DNA of 64,000 bases from Gammaproteobacteria bacterium (GTDB taxonomy: Bacteria; Pseudomonadota; Gammaproteobacteria; JBCCGL01). A program made the position numbers and the translations under genes. Under the pieces are notes generated by a model. That model did no database searches, was not told the origin of the DNA, and was given only the letters and a program-made list of their open reading frames with translations. Location: the NCBI GenBank assembly GCA_965277715.1, contig OZ255836.1, positions 4,160,001 to 4,224,000 of the forward strand, written 5' to 3'. Position 1 is the stretch's first letter. Every line of letters starts with the position of its first letter. Of the stretch, positions 9,368 through 19,471 are shown one piece after another.

Positions 9368-10245
9368 TGAACCGATTGTTATTTATTGTTATTCTCGCCG
9401 GTTTGTCCGCGTTAGTGATCAATTCAGCTACTTTTACCGTGCATGAAAAAGAGCGGGCAATAAAGCTGGCGCTGGGGGAAATTGTCGAAACCGAATTTAC
9501 ACCGGGTCTCTACTTCAAACTGCCTTTCTATAACTCGATACGAAAATACGACGGTAGGATTCTCACTCTGGATGCCCGCCCTGAGCGGGTGTTAACCAGC
9601 GAGAAGAAAAACGTTATTGTCGATTCGTTTATGAAATGGAAAATCGGTGAAGTTGGCCGTTATTTTCGCGCCACAGGAGGGGATGAAAGGCGTGCATTGG
9701 CACTGTTGTCACAATTTGTCCGCAAGAGTGTGCTCGATTCCTTTGGTCGACGCACTGTGCAGGAGGTTATCTCCGGCGAGCGGGCCGAACTGATGGCAGA
9801 AGTGCAGACCGAAGTGCAACAACAGGCGACAGATCTCGGTATCGAAATTATCGATGTGCGGGTGAAAAAAGTGGAATTGCCCGAGGATGTCAGTGATTCG
9901 GTGTTCAGCCGTATGGAAAAAGAGCGTGCAACGGTTGCCAAGGCATTTCGTTCACGCGGTGAAGAGCAGGCCAAAGGCATTCGTGCCGACGCCGAGCGTC
10001 AACGCGAAGAAATTCTCGCAGAAGCCTACAGCGAATCTCAGCAGATTCGTGGTGAAGGTGATGCGACTGCCACCGAAATCTATGCCCGGGCGTATAACCG
10101 TGACGCAGAATTTTACCGCTTTTCCAGAAGCCTGAACGCCTATCGGAATACGATTGGGGGAAATGGCGATATGCTGGTGATAAAGCCTGATTCAGAGTTC
10201 TTTCGTTACTTTAATGACTCGAATGGAAGCTTACCATCGCAGTAA
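9367..10245 (+). CDS. hflC: FtsH protease modulator HflC
   Basis: PGLYFKLPF, EKKNVIVDSF, PDSEFFRYF; translationally coupled to hflK. Confidence 0.97.
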   Translation: MNRLLFIVILAGLSALVINSATFTVHEKERAIKLALGEIVETEFTPGLYFKLPFYNSIRKYDGRILTLDARPERVLTSEKKNVIVDSFMKWKIGEVGRYFRATGGDERRALALLSQFVRKSVLDSFGRRTVQEVISGERAELMAEVQTEVQQQATDLGIEIIDVRVKKVELPEDVSDSVFSRMEKERATVAKAFRSRGEEQAKGIRADAERQREEILAEAYSESQQIRGEGDATATEIYARAYNRDAEFYRFSRSLNAYRNTIGGNGDMLVIKPDSEFFRYFNDSNGSLPSQ

Positions 10246-10263
10246 CTGTTCCTCTTTTATGTC

Positions 10264-10353
10264 ACCAGGAGCCTGTCGGGTTTAGGCGCTTGTAGCGAGG
10301 GCCAAATCGGCTTTTCCGCAGTAGAGCAGTTCTGAATCTGACAGGCTCCTGGT
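10264..10353 (+). repeat. 90-bp palindromic MITE/REP-like hairpin with a GUA/AGUA internal loop
   Basis: Perfect 14-bp terminal IR ACCAGGAGCCTGTC / GACAGGCTCCTGGT; the stem extends through G-U pairs on the + strand. Confidence 0.75.
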
Positions 10354-10354
10354 A

Positions 10355-10387
10355 GGGCGCGGGGGCGTGTTCTCCCGCGCCTTTTTT
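10355..10387 (+). terminator. Rho-independent terminator after hflKC
   Basis: GGCGCGGG/CCCGCGCC stem followed by T6. Confidence 0.75.
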
Positions 10388-10412
10388 GCGGCCCTTACAT
10401 TAGTCAATACCT

Positions 10413-10598
10413 ATGTGGACGGATATTCTCACAGCAGTGTCACTGCTTTTCGTGTTTGAAGGCCTATTGCCGTTTATCAATCCGCACGCCTACCGGCGTA
10501 GCGTTGCCCAGATGTTGCGGCTGCATGTTACCCACCTGAGGTTGTTCGGTTTGGGCAGTATGTTATTCGGTGTTGTACTGTTATATTTTGTCAGGTAA
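10413..10598 (+). CDS. yjeT: DUF2065 (YjeT-family) small membrane protein
   Basis: EGLLPFINP..YRR, LRLFGL.SM; conserved hflC-purA context. Confidence 0.9.
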   Translation: MWTDILTAVSLLFVFEGLLPFINPHAYRRSVAQMLRLHVTHLRLFGLGSMLFGVVLLYFVR

Positions 10599-10613
10599 AC
10601 CCTCATTGACACT

Positions 10614-11756
10614 GTGAACAATAATACTATCTGGATGTTGCCTGAGGGCATTGATGAACTTTTGCCGCCACAGGCCTGGGCTTTGGAGCTGTTGCGCCGC
10701 AAAATACTCGATCACTACTGGCGCTGTGGTTACGATCTGGTGCAACCGCCCCATATTGAATACATTGAGTCATTGCTGGTAGGCACTGGGCACGAATTTG
10801 ACTTGCAGACCTTTAAATTAATCGATCAACTCAATGGGCGCACACTGGGTGTGCGTGCCGATATGACGCCACAGGTGGCGCGTATCGATGCGCATCGTCT
10901 AAACCAGGAGGGTGCGGTGCGCCTGTGCTATCTGGGCACAGTATTGCGCACCCGACCGGATGGCTTTGCCGGTGGCCGCAGCCCGCTACAGCTCGGGGCG
11001 GAAATTTACGGCCATAAAGGCGTTGAGAGCGATGCGGAAGTGCTGTGTTTGATGCTGGAGACATTACAGCTTGCCGGGCTGGAGAATATTTACCTGGATA
11101 TTGGCCATGTGGGTATTTTTCGTGGGCTTGCCGACCAGGCAAAACTCAATGCACAACAAACACACACCTTATTTGAGATGTTGCAGCGTAAGTCCAGAGC
11201 TGAAATTGATGACTTTGTTGATAGTAGTGAGTGCCCACCGGATGTAGCCGGGCAGCTCAAGGCATTAATCGATTTGAACGGTGATCAATCAGTACTCACG
11301 AAGGCCGACACACTATTTGCCAATGCCAATACACAGGTGCGTGATGCTGTCCAGTATTTGTGCAGACTGTCGGCATTAGTGACCAGTCGATTTGAGGACA
11401 CCCCACTCAATTTTGATTTGGCCGAGCTGCGCGGTTATCACTATCACACCGGGGTCGTATTTGCCGCGTATCAGCATGGGCAGGGGCAGGAAATAGCACG
11501 CGGTGGTCGCTACGATGATATAGGCGAAGCGTTTGGTCGTGCCCGCCCCGCCACGGGTTTTAGCACTGACCTGAAGTCATTGGCAGTCAAGGGCCGGGCC
11601 GGGCAGGATACCGCGCAGTCGGCGGCGGAAACTTTTGCGCCATTTCCTATGCACAATGCTGCATGGCAAAACGTGCAGGCCCTGCGTGCACAGGGGCGCC
11701 GGGTCGTCTGTGAATTATCTGCACAGCAAACGGGGCAATCAGGTTGTGCGAAATAA
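10614..11756 (+). CDS. hisZ: ATP phosphoribosyltransferase regulatory subunit
   Basis: WMLPEGIDELLP, RADMTPQVARIDAH, YHYHTGVVF, ARGGRYD. Confidence 0.95.
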   Translation: MNNNTIWMLPEGIDELLPPQAWALELLRRKILDHYWRCGYDLVQPPHIEYIESLLVGTGHEFDLQTFKLIDQLNGRTLGVRADMTPQVARIDAHRLNQEGAVRLCYLGTVLRTRPDGFAGGRSPLQLGAEIYGHKGVESDAEVLCLMLETLQLAGLENIYLDIGHVGIFRGLADQAKLNAQQTHTLFEMLQRKSRAEIDDFVDSSECPPDVAGQLKALIDLNGDQSVLTKADTLFANANTQVRDAVQYLCRLSALVTSRFEDTPLNFDLAELRGYHYHTGVVFAAYQHGQGQEIARGGRYDDIGEAFGRARPATGFSTDLKSLAVKGRAGQDTAQSAAETFAPFPMHNAAWQNVQALRAQGRRVVCELSAQQTGQSGCAK

Positions 11757-11788
11757 TGGGTGGCCCCTCGAAATTAAAGCGAAGTTAA

Positions 11789-13114
<1,326 letters not shown>

Positions 13115-13154
13115 TGGGTATTTTAATCGGTAGTCGATAGTACCGCCCGTCTAT

Positions 13155-14045
13155 ATGCAACACCGTCCGCTTCTTTACGGCGTGCTGTTCGCTATGGCCT
13201 CGGCATTTGCCTACGGCATGAACACCCCCTTCGCACCGGCTGTATTTGCCGGGGGCGGTACAGCCATTCTGGTGATACTGCTGCGGGCGTTGGGCGCTGT
13301 AATACTGTCTGCGCTGTGCCTGCCATTCTTTAATAAAACAGATTACCGGCACACGCGGACTCTGCCTGTCTGCGCATTGCTCGCCGTTTTTCTGTTTGCC
13401 CAGGGTTGGTTGTACGTCAGTTCGGTAGCCTTTATCCCTGTGAGCCTGGCGGCATTGTTATTTTTTACCTGGCCTGTACTGGTGGGCACAGTGGCCATTT
13501 GCCGTAAACAGAGTGGCATCCCCTTATCGCAGTTGCTTTATTTTGTTGTGGCACTGGGTGGGCTGGGGCTTGCTCTTGGTGCGGATTTTCACACGCTGGA
13601 TGCGAGAGGCATTGCATTTGCCTGCTGTGGGGCCGTGTGTATGGCGATTTATGTACTCGCCACCTCACGCTGCCTGCCCGCTGAAGCTAACCCGGTACTA
13701 CTCAACATGCAAATCAATGCGGTGATTGTCGTTATCGCTTTGATTGTCATGCTGTTGTTGGAGGACTTTTCACTGCCAACGGGCGCCGATGCGCTGCGTA
13801 GCCTGACGATTATGATTGTTTTTTACGCCTTCGCCACCTGCGCACAAATTATCGCCATTCGCCATGCGGGCGCCCCTTTGGCGGCATTGTTTTTCAACCT
13901 GGAGCCGGTGGTGTCGATTCTGCTGGCGGCGCTGCTGTTAGCTGAAACCCTGTCTTACCAACAGTATATCGGTGGCAGCATAGTTATAATTGCATTAATC
14001 CTCTACAGTGCGCACCGCTGTTTCCGGCCAGCGGTTATCAAATAG
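13155..14045 (+). CDS. DMT/EamA family transporter
   Basis: About 10 hydrophobic helices, NLEPVV..LLA..LL.E motif. Confidence 0.85.
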   Translation: MQHRPLLYGVLFAMASAFAYGMNTPFAPAVFAGGGTAILVILLRALGAVILSALCLPFFNKTDYRHTRTLPVCALLAVFLFAQGWLYVSSVAFIPVSLAALLFFTWPVLVGTVAICRKQSGIPLSQLLYFVVALGGLGLALGADFHTLDARGIAFACCGAVCMAIYVLATSRCLPAEANPVLLNMQINAVIVVIALIVMLLLEDFSLPTGADALRSLTIMIVFYAFATCAQIIAIRHAGAPLAALFFNLEPVVSILLAALLLAETLSYQQYIGGSIVIIALILYSAHRCFRPAVIK

Positions 14046-14282
14046 CGCCCTAAACGATTGCCGATAGACAGGGAAACACGCTGTGCTTGAATTCTGCTTT
14101 TCAAGCCGGTATGGTTCCCGCGTCGACACATAAGTAATTGTCGTGTGTGGCGCAATACCGTTATTTTGCCTGGCAATGTTGAGTGTGATGGCCACGCAGA
14201 GTGACATTCTGTTTGACTTGATCGACGGAAAAATAATCGGGCACTGGCCCAATAATTAACCTTATTAAGTGAGGAAATAAGC

Positions 14283-15245
14283 ATGAGTAAAACCACTCGA
14301 TACACTGCGGTTTGTGCAGCATTGTTATCGGCAAGCGTTAGCACTACGGCTGTCCAGGCGGCGGATATCGTGATCGGTGTACCGAACTGGCCTTCGGTTG
14401 CAGTGACTGCTGATATTTTAAAAGTTGTTCTGGAAGATAACTTTGGCTTGGAAGTTGAGCTGCAAAACGCCACCAATCCCGTTGTTTTTGAAGCGATGGA
14501 TTCCGGTAGCATGCACGTCCATCCTGAAGTCTGGTTACCTAACCAAACCAACCTACACAACACCTTTGTAAAAGATAAAGGCACGGTTAGCATGAACCCT
14601 AACGGCGTTCCCGCGTTTCAGGGCATGTGTGTTACCAAAGGCACCGCAGACCGTACGGGTATCAAATCACTGTCTGATTTGTCTGACCCGGATATGGCTA
14701 AAAACTTCGATGCCAACGGCGATGGCATGGGTGAGGTATGGGTAGGTGCATCTGGCTGGGCATCAACCAGTGTCGAAAAAATTCGCGCCAAAAGCTATGG
14801 TTATGACGAAACCATGGAACTGCTCGAAATGGACGAAACTCTGGCTATGGCACAGGTCGATGCAGCCGTTGCTAAAGATTCCAATCACGTCTTCTTCTGC
14901 TACACCCCAAACCACGTATTTGCACTACATGACCTCGTTGTACTGGAAGAGCCTGCGTACGATGGCGCCAAATGGAAGGTTATCCAACCAACCGATGATC
15001 CGGATTGGCTGGAAAAATCCGATGCCCCCGTTGCATGGGATCTGGCTTACCTGCACATCCACTATGCAAGCTCGCTTAAAGAGTCTCACCCTGAAGCGGC
15101 CGCTATGCTGGCTAACGTAAAAATGGATACCGACCTGGTATCGGGCATGACCTATGCGCTGGTAGTGGATAAAGTCGATCCTGCGGAATACGCCAAACAG
15201 TGGGTTCAGGACAATGCAGAACTGGTGGAAAGCTGGTTGAAGTAA
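14283..15245 (+). CDS. proX: Glycine betaine/proline-betaine family ABC substrate-binding protein
   Basis: Signal peptide, NWPS, HPEVWLPN, GASGW, FCYTP; followed by ProV- and ProW-like genes. Confidence 0.85.
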   Translation: MSKTTRYTAVCAALLSASVSTTAVQAADIVIGVPNWPSVAVTADILKVVLEDNFGLEVELQNATNPVVFEAMDSGSMHVHPEVWLPNQTNLHNTFVKDKGTVSMNPNGVPAFQGMCVTKGTADRTGIKSLSDLSDPDMAKNFDANGDGMGEVWVGASGWASTSVEKIRAKSYGYDETMELLEMDETLAMAQVDAAVAKDSNHVFFCYTPNHVFALHDLVVLEEPAYDGAKWKVIQPTDDPDWLEKSDAPVAWDLAYLHIHYASSLKESHPEAAAMLANVKMDTDLVSGMTYALVVDKVDPAEYAKQWVQDNAELVESWLK

Positions 15246-15287
15246 ATCGTTACTAATGTCACTTAATGTGCATTATTAACGGGTAAT

Positions 15288-15324
15288 AAACGGGCGGTGC
15301 AGTCTTGTACCGCCCGTTTTTTTT
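15288..15324 (+). terminator. Rho-independent terminator / stabilising hairpin after the binding-protein gene
   Basis: AAACGGGCGGTGCA-loop-TGTACCGCCCGTTT followed by a T run. Confidence 0.8.
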
Positions 15325-15390
15325 AAAGCTGCTTTCTTATTGACAGTGATAGTTAGCGGTTATAGAAAGATAATAATAGGGGGTACCCAC

Positions 15391-16437
15391 TTGAACGAGC
15401 AAGTTATTAAGCTTGAAGGTGTCTGGAAGATTTTCGGTACACGCGCAGAAGAGGCGATGCAGGCGGTTGTCCAGGAGGGGCTGAGTAAACCGCAGGTATT
15501 GGAAAAATATGGATGCGTTGTCGGTATCGCCGATTGTTCTTTTGAAGTGTCGCGTGGGGAAATTTTCTGTGTAATGGGGCTGTCCGGTTCCGGTAAATCC
15601 ACGATGGTTCGCCACCTCAACCGCCTTATTGAGCCAACAGCGGGCAGTATCAATGTGCTTGGCAGGGATGTGTTGGCACTCGGTGAAGATGAACTGCGCA
15701 AATTGCGTGCGGCACATATTGGCATGGTGTTTCAGCACATGGCACTTTTCCCTCACCGCACAGTGCGCGATAACGTCGCTTTTCCCTTGCAGGTACAGGG
15801 TGAACCAAAGGCAAAGCGCTGGAATGAGTCACAACGCTGCCTTAACCTGGTGAACCTGGATGGCTATGAAGACCGCTTTCCCAGTGAATTGTCTGGCGGT
15901 ATGCAGCAGCGCGTCGGCCTTGCCAGAGCACTGGCCTCAGACCCGGAAGTGCTGCTGATGGATGAACCATTTTCCGCACTTGATCCATTGATTCGTCGGC
16001 AACTCCAGGAGCAGTTTATGGCCCTGTCTGCCGACCTGGATAAAACCACTGTCTTTATTACCCACGATCTCGACGAGGCCATCCGTATCGGCAACCGCAT
16101 CGCGATTATGAAAGACGGTGTTATCGTACAAATTGGTACGCCGGAAGAAATTGTGACCAACCCTATCGATGATTATGTGCGCGATTTTGTCGAGGGTATA
16201 TCAACACTAAAACTGATTTTCGCGCATACGATTATGGAAAAAATCGATAACTATCAACTTAAACCAGGGGAAGACCTCAGCCAGGCACTGCGGGTGCCGC
16301 ACGACACTGACCTGAGCGGGCTGATCGACATATCGACGACAACCGAACAACCTGTCGTTATCACCGATGATGGTAAAGATGTCGGCGTCATTAATAAATC
16401 CACACTCCTTAAAGGTATCAAAGGAGGAGACAACTAA
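15391..16437 (+). CDS. proV: Betaine/proline ABC transporter ATP-binding protein
   Basis: GLSGSGKST, LSGGMQQRVGLARAL, DEPFSALDPLIR; start at TTG 15391. Confidence 0.92.
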   Translation: MNEQVIKLEGVWKIFGTRAEEAMQAVVQEGLSKPQVLEKYGCVVGIADCSFEVSRGEIFCVMGLSGSGKSTMVRHLNRLIEPTAGSINVLGRDVLALGEDELRKLRAAHIGMVFQHMALFPHRTVRDNVAFPLQVQGEPKAKRWNESQRCLNLVNLDGYEDRFPSELSGGMQQRVGLARALASDPEVLLMDEPFSALDPLIRRQLQEQFMALSADLDKTTVFITHDLDEAIRIGNRIAIMKDGVIVQIGTPEEIVTNPIDDYVRDFVEGISTLKLIFAHTIMEKIDNYQLKPGEDLSQALRVPHDTDLSGLIDISTTTEQPVVITDDGKDVGVINKSTLLKGIKGGDN

Positions 16438-17981
16438 TGCAAGAATCAGGCTTTTCCGCAGAACCGAAACAACTCACCAGCTCTGTTGGTGATTTTGTCG
16501 GTGCCAATAGTGATTACTACAGTCGCGAGTTTGAAAAAATCCAGTCGGCCACTGAATTCCCTAAGTCATGGAATATGATGGCCGCTATTGCCGGTCCTTT
16601 TTGGGGGGCGGCCCGCGGGCTCTGGGGGTTTTTCTGGACATTCCTCGTTTTGGAAATCCTGGCCTTTGTACAAATTGGCAAAGGGTTGTGGGGTGAGCTG
16701 GGCGCTGAGCACCTCGCCAAAATAGATCGTCTTACGATCAAGTACGACCAGTTTCAACAAAAATATGAAGCGGCACTGGCGGCTAATAGCCCGGATGCGG
16801 CCAGCTTTTTAGGGCGTGCCGAGAACTTAAAAAAAATAATGGATCGCTCCGCAGAAGAGGCCATGATCGCCGCTGATGCCGCCGGGACTTATTTGCTCGT
16901 CGGTATTGTATTGCTGTTGGCACTGCGCACATTACAGGGCTTTTACGCCAATATGCGCTATGAAAAGCAATACCTCACCTGGCGTGCCGAGCCAGAGCGC
17001 ACATCATCCGGGTTGAAGTGGCACTGGGGTGGCTTTGGGGCGCTATTGTGGTTGGCGATTGTGCCGCTGACCCTGTACCGCTTTACCGTCGGAAAAATTG
17101 CCCCTGGGCTGGAACCGTATGTGATCGGTTTTCCAATCAAGAAAAAAGAATACTTTTCACCACTCTCCACATGGATGGAGGAGGGGTTTGACTGGTTGAC
17201 GGTAAAGGGGGACGGTGTGTTTAAAGGTGTCGTCGCCACCATCAGAACGGTATTAGACGGCTTGGAAACGGTTTTTGTCGATACTCCCTGGCCGGTGGTA
17301 ATGACGGTGATTGTGGTGGTTGCCTGGCGGCTTGCCGGTTACCGGGTGGCTATATTTACCGCTGCTTCGCTCGCCTATCTGGGTTTGATGGGGTTGTGGG
17401 AAACCAGTATGGTCACGGTTGCCCTATTGGGTGCGGCGGCTTTTCTCTGTTTGTTGTTTGGTATTCCGCTCGGTATCTGGTTTGGTAAAAGTACGCGTGC
17501 GTACAATGCTGCATTGCCTGTGCTGGATTTTATGCAGACTATGCCTGCGTTTGTCTATTTAATCCCGATTATTGCCTTTTTTGGTACGGGCAAACCGCCG
17601 GGGGTGTTGGCTACGCTGATTTTTGGGATGCCGCCGGTTATCCGCCTGACGGCGCTGGGTATGCGGGGAGTGCCGGAGAATACCAAGGAGGCTGCGGTGG
17701 CTTTTGGTTGTACTAAGTGGACATTGTTGCGTGATGTTGAAATTCCTTTGGCGATGCCATCGATTATGACGGGCATTAATCAGACTATTTTGATGTGTTT
17801 GTCGATGGTGGTGATTGCCTCTCTTATTGGCGCGAAAGGGTTGGGGCAGGATGTGTTGATTGCGTTGCAATATGCCGCTAAAGGGCAGGGTATGCTTGCC
17901 GGTTTGGCTATTTTGTTTTGTGCGATGGTTATTGATCGGATTATTCAGGGGCACTATAAACGTTCTACATCCCGGCATTGA
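16437..17981 (+). CDS. proW: Betaine/proline ABC permease with long N-terminal extension
   Basis: C-terminal half has LDFMQTMPAFVYLIP, EAA.AFG, GINQTILM.LSMVVIASLIG; about 230 extra N-terminal residues. Confidence 0.88.
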   Translation: MQESGFSAEPKQLTSSVGDFVGANSDYYSREFEKIQSATEFPKSWNMMAAIAGPFWGAARGLWGFFWTFLVLEILAFVQIGKGLWGELGAEHLAKIDRLTIKYDQFQQKYEAALAANSPDAASFLGRAENLKKIMDRSAEEAMIAADAAGTYLLVGIVLLLALRTLQGFYANMRYEKQYLTWRAEPERTSSGLKWHWGGFGALLWLAIVPLTLYRFTVGKIAPGLEPYVIGFPIKKKEYFSPLSTWMEEGFDWLTVKGDGVFKGVVATIRTVLDGLETVFVDTPWPVVMTVIVVVAWRLAGYRVAIFTAASLAYLGLMGLWETSMVTVALLGAAAFLCLLFGIPLGIWFGKSTRAYNAALPVLDFMQTMPAFVYLIPIIAFFGTGKPPGVLATLIFGMPPVIRLTALGMRGVPENTKEAAVAFGCTKWTLLRDVEIPLAMPSIMTGINQTILMCLSMVVIASLIGAKGLGQDVLIALQYAAKGQGMLAGLAILFCAMVIDRIIQGHYKRSTSRH

Positions 17982-18096
17982 TTTTATGCGCTACCCGGTA
18001 GTGGTGGGGAACCTGTTTTTAGGGTTCTTCACTGCTTAGGGTGTTATTGGGTTTCACTCACGATGTTTTGGTGTTTTTCTTTACTTTTTGCAGAGT

Positions 18097-18192
18097 GGGC
18101 GAGCTACTTTTTGTCTGCGCCCAAAGGCTACCGCTCCCCGGCAACTGCTCCTTACCTACGTCCTGTAGGTAAAAAGTAACCAGAAATGCGCT
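18097..18192. repeat. Degenerate nested palindromic (REP-like) element
   Basis: Outer IR TACTTTTT / AAAAAGTA encloses CGGCAACTGCTCC and an inner TACCTAC-gtcct-GTAGGTA hairpin. Confidence 0.45.
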
Positions 18193-18328
18193 TTGGTTGC
18201 ATAGTTAACTATGGTGTTTAGACCCAGTGCGCTAAAGATCGGTGTTCTTATTGGTATTTTCTATGCGCATTGCAAACACCTAACCAAGCTCGAATGCCAC
18301 CTTGACCAGCCTGGGCTTCTTTCTGCCC

Positions 18329-18427
18329 GCAAGTGAGTCAGGTGCAGGCTGTGAGAATAATACCTTGCTAATCAATATAGGTGTGTGCCAACTGTTTCTG
18401 TGGAAGGTAGGCTGATGCTAGTTGCTG
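18329..18427 (+). repeat. Dispersed intergenic repeat, copy 1
   Basis: Manual alignment with 45603-45698 gives 74/96 identical plus one 3-nt indel. Confidence 0.8.
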
Positions 18428-18574
18428 CTTGTCCAGTGTGCGGTCGGTTTTGAATTGATGAGCGGTTGGTTTCAATCCGTTAGCGTCGATAACGCTATGT
18501 CCTGTGTATTTATTTGTGCACATGTCAGTGCGTGGGGCTGTGTCACTTTATATGCTAATCAATAGTAATCCGTT

Positions 18575-19471
18575 GTGAATCAACCCTGGGTATTGCGGAT
18601 TGCACCCGTGTTGTTTGTGTTTCTGTGGAGCACGGGTTTTATTGGTGCCAAATACGGGATGTCGGGTGCAGAGCCTTTCACTTATCTGGCCCTGCGGTTT
18701 TTTATTGCCTGCGGTGTTATCGCTTTACTTGTGCCGCTGTTTAAGTCGCGTTGGCCAGGTTCTTTCACTGATTGTTTTCATCTTGCCGTTGTCGGTTGTT
18801 TGATACACGGTGTTTATCTCGGCGGTGTTTTCTCCGCTATTTATTACGGTTTGCCCGCCGGTATTTCGGCGATTATTGTGGGTGTTCACCCGTTGTTAAC
18901 CGCTTTGATCGCCAGTCGTTGGCTGGGTGAAACACTCAATTACATCAATCGACTGGGGTTGGTTGTCGGGTTTATTGGCATTGTGTGCGTGGTGGGTGGT
19001 GATCAAATACTGGAAACCAATACGCATATCATCGGGGTCTGGTTGTGCCTTGCCAGTTTGCTGGGTATTTCAATCGGCACCCTGTATCAAAAACGCTTTT
19101 GTAACGATACTGATTTATTAAGCGGTACGGCTATTCAGTATTTTGCAGCGACTGTGCTGCTGGCCATCCCTGCATTGATCAGCGAAACAGGCGAGATTGA
19201 TTGGAATGCCGAGGTACTCGGTGCGCTGTTGTGGTTAGTGCTGGCCTTGTCACTGGTCGCGGTATTGCTGCTGATGCTGATGATAAAACACGGCGAAGCC
19301 AATCGTGTCGCCAGTCTGTTTTATCTGGTGCCTGCGCTGACGAGCCTGGAGACTTGGATATTGTTTGACGAAACCCTGTCTGTTGTCGCCCTATATGGAA
19401 TAATTTTATGTATGCTTGGCGTTTACCTTGCGCGCCGACAAGCACCTGTCAGAGAACCAAAAAGTGAATGA
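18575..19471 (+). CDS. DMT/EamA family transporter
   Basis: FVFLWSTGFIGAKYG, EPFT.L.LRF, GTLYQKRF, VASLFYLVP. Confidence 0.9.
   Translation: MNQPWVLRIAPVLFVFLWSTGFIGAKYGMSGAEPFTYLALRFFIACGVIALLVPLFKSRWPGSFTDCFHLAVVGCLIHGVYLGGVFSAIYYGLPAGISAIIVGVHPLLTALIASRWLGETLNYINRLGLVVGFIGIVCVVGGDQILETNTHIIGVWLCLASLLGISIGTLYQKRFCNDTDLLSGTAIQYFAATVLLAIPALISETGEIDWNAEVLGALLWLVLALSLVAVLLLMLMIKHGEANRVASLFYLVPALTSLETWILFDETLSVVALYGIILCMLGVYLARRQAPVREPKSE

Noticed and set aside
14120-14180. CGACA/TGTCG inverted repeat upstream of proX as a GbdR/ArgR-type site
   Set aside because: Only 5-bp arms, and the spacing does not fit the consensus I recall; no cognate regulator in the window
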